From sequence record NZ_CP084927.1: DNA of 27,292 bases. One strand, 5' to 3'. The stretch's first letter is position 1, and every line of letters begins with the position of its first letter. This stretch comes from a plasmid. A program made the position numbers and the translations under genes. Shown here one piece after another: positions 1-7,867 of this stretch. The notes under the pieces are model-generated. The model saw only the letters and a program-made list of their open reading frames with translations, was not told the DNA's origin and searched no databases.

Positions 1-223
1 AATGAGTTTGCTTAACTTTACCAGCTTTTTATCAGAGGGAACAGGTATTGCAATTGTAGGTGGTTTATTATCCATACCCTTACTTGATCAAAGGTTGTTA
101 CCTATGGAAGTTGATCAGTCAACTTATCTGTATAGTAATTTGTTATTACTTTTTTCAGGAATCATTGTCATTAGTTGGCTGGTTACCTTGAATGTATATA
201 AACATTCTCAAAGGGATTTCTAA
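1..223 (+). CDS. tet(L): Tetracycline efflux MFS transporter Tet(L), C-terminal 74 codons. It continues the ORF that runs off the window end at 27292.
   Basis: ORF 2..223 ([21 protein letters not shown]...HSQRDF) matches the known Tet(L) C-terminus. Reading 27291-27292 plus base 1 gives GGA, in frame with ATG at 2-4. The joined protein is 458 aa. Confidence 0.93.
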
Positions 224-232
224 ATCGTTAAG

Positions 233-273
233 GGATCAACTTTGGGAGAGAGTTCAAAATTGATCCTTTTTTT
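233..273 (+). terminator. Intrinsic terminator after tet(L).
   Basis: Inverted repeat ggatcaa...ttgatcc followed by a T7 run, immediately after the tet(L) stop. Confidence 0.65.
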
Positions 274-289
274 ATAACAGGAATTCAAA

Positions 290-640
290 TCTTTTTGTTC
301 CATTAAAGGGCGCGATTGCTGAATAAAAGATACGAGAGACCTCTCTTGTATCTTTTTTATTTTGAGTGGTTTTGTCCGTTACACTAGAAAACCGAAAGAC
401 AATAAAAATTTTATTCTTGCTGAGTCTGGCTTTCGGTAAGCTAGACAAAACGGACAAAATAAAAATTGGCAAGGGTTTAAAGGTGGAGATTTTTTGAGTG
501 ATCTTCTCAAAAAATACTACCTGTCCCTTGCTGATTTTTAAACGAGCACGAGAGCAAAACCCCCCTTTGCTGAGGTGGCAGAGGGCAGGTTTTTTTGTTT
601 CTTTTTTCTCGTAAAAAAAAGAAAGGTCTTAAAGGTTTTA
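290..640. other. Non-coding structured region downstream of tet(L). Possible ssoU/palU-like single-strand origin remnant from a pMV158/pUB110-type RC plasmid.
   Basis: No credible ORF. Multiple imperfect palindromes. The position (after tetL, before a MobV oriT) mirrors the pMV158/pUB110 layout. Assignment is from memory of that layout only. Confidence 0.3.
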
Positions 641-660
641 TGGTTTTGGTCGGCACTGCC

Positions 661-735
661 GACAGCCTCGCAGAGCACACACTTTATGAATATAAAGTAT
701 AGTGTGTTATACTTTACATGGAAGTTGTACCGAAA
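661..735 (+). promoter_or_regulatory. Orphan MobV-family oriT/RSA site of pMV158 type, with no adjacent mob gene.
   Basis: The sequence actttatgaatataaagtatagtgtgttatactttacatggaag carries the overlapping inverted repeats and GTGTG/TT nick-region core typical of pMV158 oriT. A paralogous site lies at 2068-2150 upstream of mob. Confidence 0.55.
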
Positions 736-846
736 TATTGTGTTGTGAAGTCTATATAATTTTAAAATTATGAAGTCTATATACGTGCGTAAAGATATTT
801 AAAGAGATTAAAAATAATAAAAATAAAAATTGAATTAAAAAGAGAT

Positions 847-1131
847 ATGGTTGATTATTGGAACGATTGTTTTAATGATTTACATATATTACAACCAGAT
901 TGGAAAACTATCGAACGTACTTCTGATAGAGCAATGGTTTTTATGTTGTTGAATGATGAAGAAGAATGGGGAAAATTAGAAAGACGTACTAAGAATAAAT
1001 ATAAAAAATTAATTAAAGAAATATCTCTAATTGATTTAACTGATTTAATGAAATCGACTTTAAAAGCGAACGAAAAACAATTGCAAAAGCAGATTGATTT
1101 TTGGCAACGTGAATTTAGATTTTGGAAGTAA
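847..1131 (+). CDS. Hypothetical 94-aa protein upstream of cat. Possibly a remnant of a small-plasmid gene.
   Basis: Charged, protein-like ORF. The antisense ORF 855..1151 looks like noise. No strong SD, so low confidence. Confidence 0.3.
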   Translation: MVDYWNDCFNDLHILQPDWKTIERTSDRAMVFMLLNDEEEWGKLERRTKNKYKKLIKEISLIDLTDLMKSTLKANEKQLQKQIDFWQREFRFWK

Positions 1132-1195
1132 AGTAACTTTGTTTTATACAAAATGTTACTTTAGTATAATTAACGTTTAAGAGGTGACACAATAT

Positions 1196-1225
1196 ATGAA
1201 AAAATCAGAGGATTATTCCTCCTAA
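1196..1225 (+). CDS. cat leader peptide MKKSEDYSS, for translational attenuation.
   Basis: 9-codon ORF. The inverted repeat ttcctcctaaat/atttaggaggaa (1213-1257) sequesters the cat SD. This is the classic pC221-type inducible cat attenuator. Confidence 0.8.
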   Translation: MKKSEDYSS

Positions 1226-1265
1226 ATACAAAGAGATAAGATGAAATTTAGGAGGAAAATTATAT

Positions 1266-1913
1266 ATGACTTTTAATATTATTAATTTGGAAACTTGGGA
1301 TAGAAAAGAATATTTTAATCATTATTTCAATCAACAAACAACTTTTAGTGTTACTAAAGAATTTGATATCACTTTACTTAAAAGTATGATAAAAAATAAA
1401 GGATATAAACTGTATCCTGCTTTGATTTATATAATTGTAAATATTATAAATCAAAATAAAGTATTTAGAACAGGAATTAATAGTGAGGGAAATTTGGGTT
1501 ATTGGGACAAATTAAACCCTTTATATACAGTCTTTAATAAAGAAACTGAAAAATTTTCTAACATTTGGACAGAATCAAATGTTAGTTTTAATTCTTTTTA
1601 TAATAGTTATAAGAGTGACTTACTTGAATATAAAGATAAAAATGAAATGTTTCCTAAAAAACCAATACCTGAAAACACAGTTCCTATTTCGATGATTCCT
1701 TGGATTGATTTTAGTTCATTTAATTTAAATATTGGTAATAATAGTAGATTCCTATTGCCAATTATTACAATGGGTAAATTTTATAGTAAGAATAATAAGA
1801 TCTATTTACCAGTCTCATTGCAAGTTCATCATGCGGTATGTGATGGTTACCATGCTTCATTATTTATGAGTGAATTTCAAAATATGGTTGATAGTGTAAA
1901 TGAATGGATTTAA
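1266..1913 (+). CDS. cat: Chloramphenicol acetyltransferase, type A, pC221/pC194-family.
   Basis: 215 aa. Conserved CAT motifs ([18 protein letters not shown]..., [13 protein letters not shown]). SD aggagg lies 7 nt upstream. Confidence 0.95.
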   Translation: MTFNIINLETWDRKEYFNHYFNQQTTFSVTKEFDITLLKSMIKNKGYKLYPALIYIIVNIINQNKVFRTGINSEGNLGYWDKLNPLYTVFNKETEKFSNIWTESNVSFNSFYNSYKSDLLEYKDKNEMFPKKPIPENTVPISMIPWIDFSSFNLNIGNNSRFLLPIITMGKFYSKNNKIYLPVSLQVHHAVCDGYHASLFMSEFQNMVDSVNEWI

Positions 1914-2067
1914 ATCTAAAATAACTTTCATAAACTTAAGTAATTATGATATTTATAAGTTTATAGCAACTACCATTTTTGGTTGCTGGTGTTTTGATTT
2001 TGAATTTGGTTTTGAACTTATGGACTGATTTATTCAGTCCATTTTTTGTGCTTGCACAAAAACTAGC

Positions 2068-2150
2068 CTCGCAGAGCACACGCATTAATGACTTATGAAA
2101 CGTAGTAAATAAGTCTAGTGGGTTATACTTTACATGGAAGCTGTACCGAA
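2068..2150 (+). promoter_or_regulatory. MobV oriT/RSA upstream of mob.
   Basis: Paralog of the 661-735 site (ctcgcagagcaca...ttatactttacatggaag). It sits immediately 5' of the relaxase gene, as in Pre/Mob plasmids. Confidence 0.55.
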
Positions 2151-2165
2151 GTTAGGAGTGTTTAT

Positions 2166-3377
2166 ATGTCATTTGTAGTGGCGAGAATGCAGAAGATGAA
2201 AGCTGGCAATTTGGTCGGAATTGGGAATCATAATCAACGGTTAATTGACAATCATTCAAACAAAGATATTGATACGGAACGCTCGTATTTGAATTATGAC
2301 TTAGTCAATCGTACAGACAATTACAAAACAGATATTCAGCAATTTATTAACGAAAATAAATTGAGTAGTCGTGCTGTCAGAAAAGATGCTGTATTAATAA
2401 ACGAATGGATCATAACTTCTGACAACCAATTTTTTAAAGATAAAGACGATAAAGAAATTAAAGATTTTTTTGATACTGCGAAATCATATTTTGCGGACAA
2501 ATTTGGCGATAATAATATCCGCTACGCTCAAGTTCACTTAGACGAAACAACACCGCATATGCACTTAGGTATTGTGCCTTTCAATGCGGAAAAAAAGCTA
2601 TCAGCAAAGACTGTTTTTAATCGTCAGGCCTTACAGGCGGTACAAGATGAATTACCAAAATATTTAAATGAGCGTGGTTTTGAGCTTGAACGTGGCGAAA
2701 AAGGTTCAGAGCGTAAAAATTTAACGGTGCCTGAATATAAAAAGGCAAAGGACGAATTGAAAGAGATGAATACCACGCTGGAACAGCGGAAGTCAGAAGT
2801 TTTAGCTTTATCGAAAGGTAAAACAGCGACTATAAAAAAAGAGAGTTTGGATTTAAAAGACGAAACGAAAACAGTCAAAGTACCAAGTGGCGAAACCATT
2901 GGTATTGGTAAGTTGCGACACGAATTCATGAAAAATGAAGAACGAAAAACAGGAAATATAATTATCCCTGAAAGTAAATTAAATGCATTGATTAAAAGCT
3001 ATGAAGAGCTATATAGAGCGAATGAGCAACTAAAGGAATATGCGGAAACTGATTTACCTAAAGAAATCACTAGAGTTAAAGAGAAATATCGCGAATTAGC
3101 GAAAGATTACAATAAGTTGGTACGTAAGAGTAATCAGAATATTGAAACACTTGAAAAATTAGAGAAAGAGAATAAGTCGCTTAAAAACGAAATTAAAGGC
3201 ATTTACAAAGGGTTTAAAGAGTACTTTAAAGATTCTAAGCAAGTTACAACTGAACAGGTTAAAACGCTTGTTAGTGGCGTTGTAGACAAAGTAAAAGAAT
3301 TTGTAAAAGGTGGAGAGTTTGAAAAAATTCATAGAAATGAAACTCGAACACGAGATAGAGATGAATTAAGTCGTTAG
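2166..3377 (+). CDS. mob: MobV-family relaxase (Pre/Mob, plasmid recombination enzyme).
   Basis: N-terminus [17 protein letters not shown], HxH motif [12 protein letters not shown], and a coiled-coil C-terminus typical of Pre/Mob_Pre. The start is moved from 2118 to ATG 2166, which has SD aggag. The 2118 start would read through the oriT. Confidence 0.9.
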   Translation: MSFVVARMQKMKAGNLVGIGNHNQRLIDNHSNKDIDTERSYLNYDLVNRTDNYKTDIQQFINENKLSSRAVRKDAVLINEWIITSDNQFFKDKDDKEIKDFFDTAKSYFADKFGDNNIRYAQVHLDETTPHMHLGIVPFNAEKKLSAKTVFNRQALQAVQDELPKYLNERGFELERGEKGSERKNLTVPEYKKAKDELKEMNTTLEQRKSEVLALSKGKTATIKKESLDLKDETKTVKVPSGETIGIGKLRHEFMKNEERKTGNIIIPESKLNALIKSYEELYRANEQLKEYAETDLPKEITRVKEKYRELAKDYNKLVRKSNQNIETLEKLEKENKSLKNEIKGIYKGFKEYFKDSKQVTTEQVKTLVSGVVDKVKEFVKGGEFEKIHRNETRTRDRDELSR

Positions 3378-3399
3378 AAGCTCATATTTGCGTTTTAAG

Positions 3400-3680
3400 G
3401 CGTTTTAAATCAATCCTAGTATATTTATACCTGTTTGGTCTTTTCGTCGGTATAAGCGTTAAAAATGGCAATAGAAAAAGCAGCAAGGGCGAACGTAGTG
3501 AGTGCATTTACCCTTGCAGCTTTTTTTGTTGTCATTTAGCTTTTGTAAACCGACAGAAAAGCCAACAGGTATGACTGTTTACTCACTTTTCAGAGGCATG
3601 ATCAAACGCATTGCGTTTGTCAGGTGTGGGCGGAAGCCCACGGTTTTTAAAAGGGTTCCGAGGCTCAACGTCAATAAAGC
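3400..3680. other. Possible ssoA-like single-strand origin between mob and lnu(A).
   Basis: Non-coding, with a ccgacag-containing hairpin region (ttttgtaaaccgacagaaaagccaacagg) and long imperfect palindromes. Assignment is by position and motif resemblance only. Confidence 0.25.
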
Positions 3681-3682
3681 AA

Positions 3683-4168
3683 TTATGTTATTGATTTTAA
3701 ATTTTTTATATCAAAATGGTCTTTTTCTGTTAAATCATAACCAGAATGAAAAAGAAGTTGAGCTTCTTTTGAAATACATGGTATTTTTCGACCTTTGTAA
3801 TTAGTTTCTGAAAACCAGTCATTTTGGAAAACATAATTACCACCTTCTGGGTTTGCTTGGGTAATTGATCCATCATCATTTAGATTTATAGGATGAATAT
3901 CTAAATACCCATATTCTTCATGCTTAAGTTCCATACGTGAAGGCATCCAATCAACTTCTATTTTATATCCGATATCTTCTAATTTTTGTATAACTTTTTG
4001 AGTGTGTTGAGCGTCAAAATCTATATCTATATCTCTGTGTTCTCTTTGTTGTTTTCCAGTTAATACATCTACCCCCCAGCCACCATCTAACCAATAAGTT
4101 ACTTTCATGTGTTCAAATAAATCTAAAATATAAAATAAATCTTTTTCTGTTACATTATTATTTTTCAT
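3683..4168 (-). CDS. lnu(A): Lincosamide nucleotidyltransferase Lnu(A).
   Basis: 161 aa (MKNNNVTEKDLFYILDLFEHMKVTYWLDGGWGVDVL...) matching LinA/Lnu(A). SD aggaggg. Confidence 0.95.
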   Translation of the reverse strand: MKNNNVTEKDLFYILDLFEHMKVTYWLDGGWGVDVLTGKQQREHRDIDIDFDAQHTQKVIQKLEDIGYKIEVDWMPSRMELKHEEYGYLDIHPINLNDDGSITQANPEGGNYVFQNDWFSETNYKGRKIPCISKEAQLLFHSGYDLTEKDHFDIKNLKSIT

Positions 4169-4347
4169 TTTATCCCTCCTAACTTGGGAATTTGAAACGA
4201 GTTGAAAACGAGTTTCTTCTTGTCTTGAGTAGCATTTAAATTGCCAAAAGCTCTAGCTAATTCATTTGCTTGTGTAACTAAATAGGTTTGTCTATCTAAT
4301 AAGTTCTCTAATGCGTTTTTTGCTTTTTTATTTTCGACCATACTCAT
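4165..4347 (-). CDS. 60-aa hypothetical protein translationally coupled (ATGA overlap) to lnu(A).
   Basis: Good SD (tgaggtg, 6 nt from ATG). Its stop overlaps the lnu(A) start. No recognisable family. Confidence 0.45.
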   Translation of the reverse strand: MSMVENKKAKNALENLLDRQTYLVTQANELARAFGNLNATQDKKKLVFNSFQIPKLGGIK

Positions 4348-4365
4348 AAAAACACCTCAAATTTC

Positions 4366-4481
4366 AATACGTACTTTTTTATATAGTATATAATAACATA
4401 AAATATACCAATAACAATATTTATAAAAATAATATATAGTTAACGTACTTTTTTATATAGTTAACGTACTTTTTTATATTT
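4366..4481. repeat. Three copies of a 21-bp motif ttaacgtacttttttatatag, two of them in tandem, upstream of the 60-aa/lnu(A) operon.
   Basis: Direct inspection. An inverted copy lies at 7620-7645. Candidate operator or iteron. Confidence 0.5.
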
Positions 4482-4499
4482 TAAAGTGCATTAAACGTT

Positions 4500-4647
4500 G
4501 ATATAAAGGCATTTCTTTTCCTCTAATGTAATATAATGTATTACAATGTATTCTATAAATGTATCTTATTAAAGGCTGAATAAAATAAAAATTTCAAAAA
4601 AAGAAAAAAACACACTAAATAAATTCTTAAAATATTTTCTATTGTTT
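4500..4647 (-). pseudogene. Degenerate copy of the promoter and first ~20 codons of the Rep_trans gene (copy P3).
   Basis: The reverse complement of 4500-4560 aligns with atgtatacattctattacattaggga..., the 5' end of ORF 21075-22169. No downstream ORF. Confidence 0.5.
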
Positions 4648-4744
4648 AGCTAGACTAAAATTGCAGTTCTAGCAAATTGTGGTTCAGAAAGACACTGGGT
4701 CGCTCCGCTTATGCTATAACTCTAGTTAATCTACAACCATGCAA
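4648..4744 (+). repeat. Repeat B, copy 1 (~95 bp, contains an internal inverted repeat agttctagcaaa/tttgctagaact).
   Basis: Near-identical copies at 22266-22359 (direct) and 7363-7454 (inverted). Confidence 0.8.
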
Positions 4745-4762
4745 ATATAGACAAAACATGCT

Positions 4763-4838
4763 ATAATCATAGTGAAAAGATCAAAGTTACAAACAAAAAG
4801 CCCCCTAGATATTTGCGGTATCTAGGGGGTTATTTTGT
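4763..4838 (+). ncRNA. Candidate RNA II-like antitoxin sRNA of a par(pAD1)-type locus.
   Basis: Extended -10 tgctataat at 4754-4762. It runs into the bidirectional terminator at 4797-4838. It contains the direct repeat gatcaaagttacaaaca, whose second copy (4978-4994) overlaps the toxin start. Confidence 0.4.
4797..4838. terminator. Bidirectional intrinsic terminator shared by the convergent toxin mRNA and antitoxin RNA.
   Basis: Stem ccccctagata/tatctaggggg, with an A-run 5' and a T-run 3'. Confidence 0.6.
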
Positions 4839-4913
4839 TATTTCAGTCGCTGCCATTACTTAATCTAACAATAATGAGTCACAAACTGTTTTCAGGCTAA
4901 TTGTCTAACAAAG

Positions 4914-4997
4914 TTATCTATCTAGCCATTTGCAAATGTAATAGGCTATCACACCTGCTACGATAGATAAAAGAAAATTGATCAAAGTTGCAAACAT
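4914..4997 (-). CDS. Fst/Ldr-family type I toxin, 27 aa: MFATLINFLLSIVAGVIAYYICKWLDR.
   Basis: Single transmembrane segment followed by a WL(D/R) tail, typical of Fst-like toxins. SD aaggggg. Promoter with extended -10 tgctataat on the minus strand at 5063-5071. Confidence 0.55.
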   Translation of the reverse strand: MFATLINFLLSIVAGVIAYYICKWLDR

Positions 4998-5095
4998 TAA
5001 ATCGCCCCCTTTATTGTTGCAAGGACGATTTAGGCAGCAATTAACCGCCTTATTAGCTCAGACAACCTAAAAATTATAGCATAAGTGCTGACAAA

Positions 5096-5335
5096 TACAT
5101 TCTAAGCAAGCGTTCAAGTTGAATTTGGGTTATTATTCATGAAATCAACCGAGAAAACACCTTAGAAACCTTGATTTAATAGCTTTTTTAGCTGATTTAT
5201 GCTATAATTACTCCTGTAGTGATTAATGATCTACTTTGAAATCACTACATCATAACCACGTAAAAAAGATAGAGCCGATTATATTAATCGGCTCTATTTG
5301 CTATCTAAAATCAATTATAAGACATTTTAAATCAT
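5096..5335 (+). repeat. Repeat A, copy 1 (~240 bp). Contains a hairpin terminator (agagccgatta...taatcggctct) and an extended -10 promoter-like tgctataat.
   Basis: Inverted copy at 6700-6952. Partial direct copy at 22727-22830. A short piece (aaaccttgatttaataagctttttttt) lies next to the theta origin at 9398-9428. Confidence 0.75.
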
Positions 5336-6699
5336 TTCAAGTGTAATTATATTAAAAAGGGATAAAACGTCTAAAACACCCATTAAATTAGATTTAAACC
5401 ATATGTATTAATTTAATTAGTTAGCTATCACTTTAAATGCACTAATTTTATATAGCAGATAATACTTCTGCTGCCGAGACGGAAAAAATTATTTTTCTTT
5501 GGAATAACGAAGTAAAAAATTATGTGAACTGGATACAGTAATTTTTAAGAGCTTGAAAATAAGCTCTTTTTTATTTTTTGAAAAACGAAACAAAAGAAGC
5601 AAAACTACAAAATCATTTAGCTAAGTTGTAAAACGAAGCTCTGCATTCTGTACAACTAAGCTAAAGAGCATAAGTGAGAATGGTCATCCGTAGGCGGATG
5701 AGCCGACAGTGTCGGCATTCTCTCAATGACCAAATTTTCTCGCTTGTTACACAGCTATTTAACACTTGTTTTACAACTAATTTACACTTTGTTTTACGCT
5801 TATTTTACGTAAAACATTTGTTAAACATTTTTAAAATGCTATAAAAAATAGCCATCATATTTGTGACGACCAAATTTTTTTAATGTTTTTTGAGGAGCTT
5901 AGTTTTTTAAGCTCTTTTTTTATTTTTATAATATTTATATAGCAGAGAAAATTTTTCTTCCAGTTATTTTTCGTAAGAAAAAAGGAAACTGGAAGAAAAA
6001 TAATTGTAAGACGTTTGTCCCACAAAAAATAAATTTTAGTTTTTGAAAAGTGATACAAATGTGGCACGTGATATAAGTGTGCTACAAGTTGTGTTACAAC
6101 TGTGTTGTATTAGTTAGTATAGTGTGTTACACACGAGAAAATTAAGTCCCTAAGAAAACGCCGATACTATCGGCTCCCACGCACCTGTGGGACCATTTTC
6201 TCTTATGCTCTTTAACTCTGTACTCCAGTTTAGAAGATGCGAAAATTTTATTCTCAAAATTCGTTAAGTGGGTTTGAAGATTTTTTTCTTTGTTTAATTT
6301 TTTTGAAAAAGAAAAATTGAATTTAAGAAATTTTTTTGGCTCAAAATTAAATTTAAAAATCGAAAATCAAAAATAATATTAGTTCGGCAAAAATAAAAAC
6401 CTTAGAAGAAGAAAATAAATCATTACGTGATGAATTACAATTTTTCAAAAATTATGCTCAAAGATGGAATGTTAATGGGGAAAATGTAACTAAAATTATC
6501 TCTAAAGCTTATCTAAATAATAATAATAATGATTAAGAATAATTTATAGTATTTTAAAAAATATAAAATTAATATAAATAAAAAACCGTACAAAGGTACC
6601 TATGGCTTTTTTTATCTTTTTTCTGTATATAACTTTAAACCAAAATTAAGGGGGTTATTTGACGTTTTACAGCCTTTGAATAAATTACACTCAGAATGA

Positions 6700-6952
6700 T
6701 TTAAAATGCCTTAAAATTGATTTTAGATAGCAAATAGAGCCGATTAAATTAATCGACTCTATCTTTTTTTACGTGGTTATGATGTAGTAATTTCAGAGTA
6801 GATCATTAATTACTACAAGTTTAATTGTACCATAAATCAGCTAGAAAAGCTATTAAATCAGGGTTTCTAAGGCGTGATCTTTACTAATTTAATGAGTTAC
6901 TGCCTTATTTGGACTTGAAGTCATGCTTAGAATGCGTCTGACAGCACGAAAA
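6700..6952 (-). repeat. Repeat A, copy 2 (inverted).
   Basis: Aligns with the reverse complement of 5096-5335. It shares gtcagacgcattctaagca...caagt and gccttagaaaccYtgatttaatagctttt with copy 3. Confidence 0.75.
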
Positions 6953-7137
6953 AAGGCGGTATCCAAACCGCCCAAGCTAACACCGATGTTCAATAACTAG
7001 AGTGACTAATTCTAGTCTTCTGTGTTCAGCGCTATTTATACTCATTACACACTTATTATAACATTTTTTTTGTTATAATGCTATTTGTGTTCAGCAAGGT
7101 TTGACTAACCTTAGCGACACGAAAGGAGGAATCCTCC

Positions 7138-7281
7138 GTGAAGTTCGTTATTATACTCATTATCGTGCCTAACAAGCACGTAAAACGTTTTGCTAAGCTA
7201 GTAGCTCTCGCAGTTATTAGAACTGGTAAAATTGCAATTAAAAAGGCTATTGAACGCTTGGTTAGTTGGCTTAATGATTAA
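7138..7281 (+). CDS. 47-aa small cationic membrane peptide (VKFVIILIIVPNKHVKRFAKLVALAVIRTGKIAIKKAIERLVSWLND) with a GTG start. Candidate type I toxin.
   Basis: The SD ggagg lies inside a perfect hairpin ggaggaatcctcc. A paralog lies at 22443-22541 with a conserved N-terminus KIFVVIFLVPNKHVK. An intrinsic terminator follows at 7317-7352. Confidence 0.4.
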   Translation: MKFVIILIIVPNKHVKRFAKLVALAVIRTGKIAIKKAIERLVSWLND

Positions 7282-7362
7282 GTTCTGATAGTTGGTTACC
7301 AACGGAAGATAGTCATTTCAGCGGTTCTCTTTGAGAGTCGCTGTTTTTTTTGCTTTAAATAG

Positions 7363-7454
7363 CATGGTTGTAGATTATCTTGAGTTTTAGCATAAGCGGA
7401 GCGACCCAATGTCTTGCTGAACCACAATTTGCTAGAACTGCAAGTTTAGTCTAG
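7363..7454 (-). repeat. Repeat B, copy 2 (inverted).
   Basis: The reverse complement aligns with B1 and B3. Confidence 0.8.
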
Positions 7455-7620
7455 TTAAAAAATAGAGAAATTATTTTAGTAATTAAGTTGATGAGCTTTA
7501 TAAGTTTTTTTATTTTATTTTATTTTTTTATTTGCATGCGCCTTAAAAAGATACATTTATATGTATACATTCTATTACATTAGGGAGGAAAGAAATACCT
7601 TTATATCAACGTTTATAGCA
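7455..7620 (+). pseudogene. Second degenerate copy of the Rep_trans promoter and 5' end (copy P2). It reads MYTFYYIREERNTFISTFIAL then stops.
   Basis: 7561 atgtatacattctattacattagggagg... equals the first 11 codons of the 22169 ORF, then diverges to a stop. Confidence 0.55.
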
Positions 7621-7867
7621 CTTTAAAATATAAAAAAGTACGTTAACTATATATTGTTATCTATTATATACCTTTTTATATATTTTATGTTATTATAGAC
7701 TATATAAAAAACTACGTATTAAAATTTGAGGTGTTTTTATGGGAGTAATGAATAGTCAGTTCTATCTAGAAATATAACTGTTAGTTCAAATATTGATTTC
7801 ATAAAAATACCCCTATCTTTAATTTGATAGGAGTATTATCACATATTTTTAATGGCAAAGGTAGTTT

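Noticed and set aside
855-1151. 98-aa minus-strand ORF overlapping the 847-1131 ORF.
   Set aside because: It has a Cys/Phe/Ser-rich junk composition. The plus-strand frame looks like real protein.
2118-2165. ORF-track start of the mob gene at 2118 ([16 protein letters not shown]...).
   Set aside because: This start reads through the oriT/RSA. ATG 2166 has an aggag SD and gives the conserved MobV N-terminus [12 protein letters not shown].
3502-3804. 100-aa plus-strand ORF.
   Set aside because: It is antisense to the 3' end of lnu(A) and spans the palindromic sso-like region. The composition is not protein-like.
6390-6536. Coiled-coil ORF fragment (…LEEENKSLRDELQFFKNYAQRWNVNGENV…).
   Set aside because: It has no start codon or SD and an in-frame stop ~40 codons upstream of its end. 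It is probably a decayed gene remnant. It is mentioned only inside the non-coding-region finding.
7365-7455. Idea that repeat B is the antitoxin for the small-peptide gene, based on complementarity of cttgctgaaccacaa to the mRNA 5' UTR.
   Set aside because: Complementarity needs B to be transcribed in the same direction, away from the toxin. No promoter supports this. The divergent upstream sRNA is a better candidate.
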